Assembly (NCBI GenBank): GCA_965204375.1
Contig: OZ241986.1
Location: 1,792,001 to 1,856,000, forward strand
Direction of reading: 5' to 3'
DNA: 64,000 bases
Source of the DNA: Candidatus Latescibacterota bacterium
Lineage (GTDB): Bacteria; Latescibacterota; UBA2968
Under the pieces are notes generated by a model. That model made no database searches, was not told the DNA's origin, and was given only the letters and a program-made list of their open reading frames with translations. The position numbers were made by a program, and so were the translations under genes. The first letter of the stretch is position 1; each line of letters starts with the position of its first letter. Below, piece after piece: positions 61,806 through 64,000 of this stretch.

Positions 61806-63578
61806 ATGTCAAATTCACTACTCCATCGCTATCTGCCTTTTCTCAACTGGATTGGAGAACTCAAAGACCGGCACATCCTGCGCGCCGATATCATTGCGGG
61901 CATCACCCTCTCGCTGGTATTGATCCCACAGGCCATGGCCAATGCCCAACTGGCCGAGATGCCGCCCTACTACGGCTTCTATGCGTCATTTGTACCCATC
62001 ATCGTCAGCGCCCTCTTCGGGTCTTCTCGCCAACTCTCCACAGGACCAGTCGCACTCGTCGCCTTGATGGTCGCCTCTGAATTGGGACAACTCGCGGTTG
62101 ACGAACAGGCGTATATCGCCTATGCGATCCTTCTGGCTCTCATGGTCGGCCTGTTGCAATTTGGACTGGGCGTATTGCGCCTGGGCGTATTGGTGAACTT
62201 TCTCTCACATCCCGTGGTACTCGGCTTTACCAATGCCGCAGCCATCATCATCGGCACATCGCAAATCGACAAATTATTCGGCGTCACCGTAGAACGCGGC
62301 GGGGCACATTACGAACGCATGATACGCATGTGGGATGTGATTTCAGCGGGTTTTCACACCCCCACCCTGATCATGGGTCTCTCTGCCATCGCATTATTAT
62401 TTATTTTGCGCCGCATCAGCCCGCAAATTCCGGGGGTGCTACTTGTCGCCATCACAACAACAGGCATTTCGTGGCTCATCGGCTTCGAACAAAATTACGG
62501 CGGACAGGTCGTGGGCAACATCCCCGAAGGCATCCCCGCATTTGCACTGCCAATAATTGATTGGGGCATCGTACCGCATATTCTCAGCGCCACCATAACC
62601 ATCGCACTCATCGGATATCTGGAAACCATTTCAATCGCCAAAGCCATTGCCACGCAGACCCGTCAACGCATTGACGCCAACCAGGAATTGCTCGCACAGG
62701 GCTTGAGCAATATTGCCGGCAGTTTTTTTCAGAGTTTTCCCGTCTCCGGATCCTTTGTCCGTTCAACCGTCACCTTGCGCGCTGGCGGCCAAACCGGCTT
62801 TGCATCTGTCATCGCCGGGCTGGTCGTTATTTTGCTACTCCTTTTCTTCACCCAACTCTTATACCACATGCCCCTATCCACCTTAGCGGCAATTGTCATC
62901 GTCTCTGTCACCGCACTGATTAACGTCAAACCCATCGCAAGCGCGTGGAAAGTACACAAACACGACGGTATTGTCGCCATATCGTCATTTGCGCTCACCC
63001 TCATCTTCGCGCCACACCTCGACCAGGGCATCTTGATCGGTGCGACCTTATCAATCGCCCTCTATCTCTACCGCACGATGAAACCGCGCGTGGCCTTCCT
63101 CGCCCGCCATCCCGATGGCGCGTTTCGAGACGCCGTAGAACACGATCTGGAATTGTGCGATGCGATTGCCACCATCCGATTTGACGGCTCATTGTACTTT
63201 GGCAGCGCAGGTGCTTTTGAAGACGCCGTATTGGAACGGATTCGCGATCCAAAATTGCGCTATGTAATTGTCGATGCCGAAGGTGTGAATGAGATTGATG
63301 CGACTGGGAAAGAAATGCTGGTCGGCGTGGTACAGCGATTACATGAGGCTGGCATTGAAGTACTCTTCACACGAACAAAAAAACAGATCATGGACGCACT
63401 CAATCGCGCAGGCGTACTCGAAGAAATTGGCCGCGACCGATTTTACACCACCCTCGACCGCGTATTAGCTCATGTTTGGGAGGCACTGGGAGATCAGTAT
63501 CCCTGCGACAGATCGTGTCCCGCCGAGTGTCCACTCCATCGCCCCAGACCAGATGGATACGTATTTTATCGCGTGTAG
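61806..63578 (+). CDS. SulP-family anion transporter with STAS domain
   Basis: DIIAGITL...IPQAMA, GSSRQLSTGP, NQELLAQG, RFDGSLYFG, IDATG. Confidence 0.95.
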   Translation: MSNSLLHRYLPFLNWIGELKDRHILRADIIAGITLSLVLIPQAMANAQLAEMPPYYGFYASFVPIIVSALFGSSRQLSTGPVALVALMVASELGQLAVDEQAYIAYAILLALMVGLLQFGLGVLRLGVLVNFLSHPVVLGFTNAAAIIIGTSQIDKLFGVTVERGGAHYERMIRMWDVISAGFHTPTLIMGLSAIALLFILRRISPQIPGVLLVAITTTGISWLIGFEQNYGGQVVGNIPEGIPAFALPIIDWGIVPHILSATITIALIGYLETISIAKAIATQTRQRIDANQELLAQGLSNIAGSFFQSFPVSGSFVRSTVTLRAGGQTGFASVIAGLVVILLLLFFTQLLYHMPLSTLAAIVIVSVTALINVKPIASAWKVHKHDGIVAISSFALTLIFAPHLDQGILIGATLSIALYLYRTMKPRVAFLARHPDGAFRDAVEHDLELCDAIATIRFDGSLYFGSAGAFEDAVLERIRDPKLRYVIVDAEGVNEIDATGKEMLVGVVQRLHEAGIEVLFTRTKKQIMDALNRAGVLEEIGRDRFYTTLDRVLAHVWEALGDQYPCDRSCPAECPLHRPRPDGYVFYRV

Positions 63579-63800
63579 AGAGCAGGATGTATGCTGATCT
63601 CTTTGAGTTTACAATCTGTAACAATTTATTACAGTTCACTACTAATCGTCACGATTATTATTGATTTTTTTAAAAAAAATGATACCTTAAGTGGTCGATT
63701 TTTTGCATCGTAACAGATTGTTTCCCTTCAATTTCGGGCAATCTGATTCAGTTCTAATACGAAACAGCACAACTGTCCCTTTCACCACAGGAGGAAGTCT

Positions 63801-64000
63801 ATGAGACAGACGAGTCTGTTTTTCTTTTTATTCATAGCCCTGGCATTCTCAGCCAGTGCTGTTTTTGCCGGATCAACCGGTAAAATTGCGGGCAAGGTCG
63901 TGGATAAATCCACGGGCGAGACCCTGCCCGGTGCCAATGTCGTTATTGAAGGCACCACATTGGGCGCAGTAACAGATCCCGATGGTAATTATTTCATCAT
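63801..64000 (+). CDS. TonB-dependent receptor-type protein (signal peptide + carboxypeptidase-regulatory-like domain), partial
   Basis: AGGAGG RBS; MRQTSLFFFLFIALAFSASAVFA-GSTGKIAGKVVDKSTGETLPGANVVIEGTTLGAVTDPDGNYFI; runs off the window end. Confidence 0.8.
   Translation, partial: MRQTSLFFFLFIALAFSASAVFAGSTGKIAGKVVDKSTGETLPGANVVIEGTTLGAVTDPDGNYFI

Overview
Gene-dense bacterial chromosomal window. SprA, LptFG, a TonB receptor and a dockerin/EF-hand-like secreted protein point to a diderm FCB-related lineage such as Latescibacterota or Gemmatimonadota (inference). 1-7.8 kb is a decaying accessory patch: a frameshifted SAM-methyltransferase, a RelBE-type TA pair and a ~1700-aa SF1 helicase-nuclease split by an intact IS3 element with a 4-bp target duplication. 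7.8-14 kb is a catabolic hydrolase/oxidoreductase run. 14-23 kb is a three-gene membrane operon of unknown function: a DUF6785-like protein, a 1505-aa M28-like/FtsX fusion with a rewired metal site, and an OPT-like transporter carrying what looks like a circularly permuted FN3 domain. An orphan MacB/LolD-type ATPase and a sigma54-driven membrane-fusion protein lie nearby. This operon is the best candidate for an undescribed system. The rest holds tRNA-Phe, metabolic genes, an HU-bS22-(structured RNA)-tRNA-Arg unit, sprA-comEA-pilM-like-NYN-obgE, lptFG, a sulfatase, UPF0182, AGCS and SulP transporters and the start of a TonB receptor. Heptamer- and octamer-armed intergenic elements overlap the stop codons of several genes. 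No CRISPR array or rRNA was seen. Family names come from motif recognition, not database searches.
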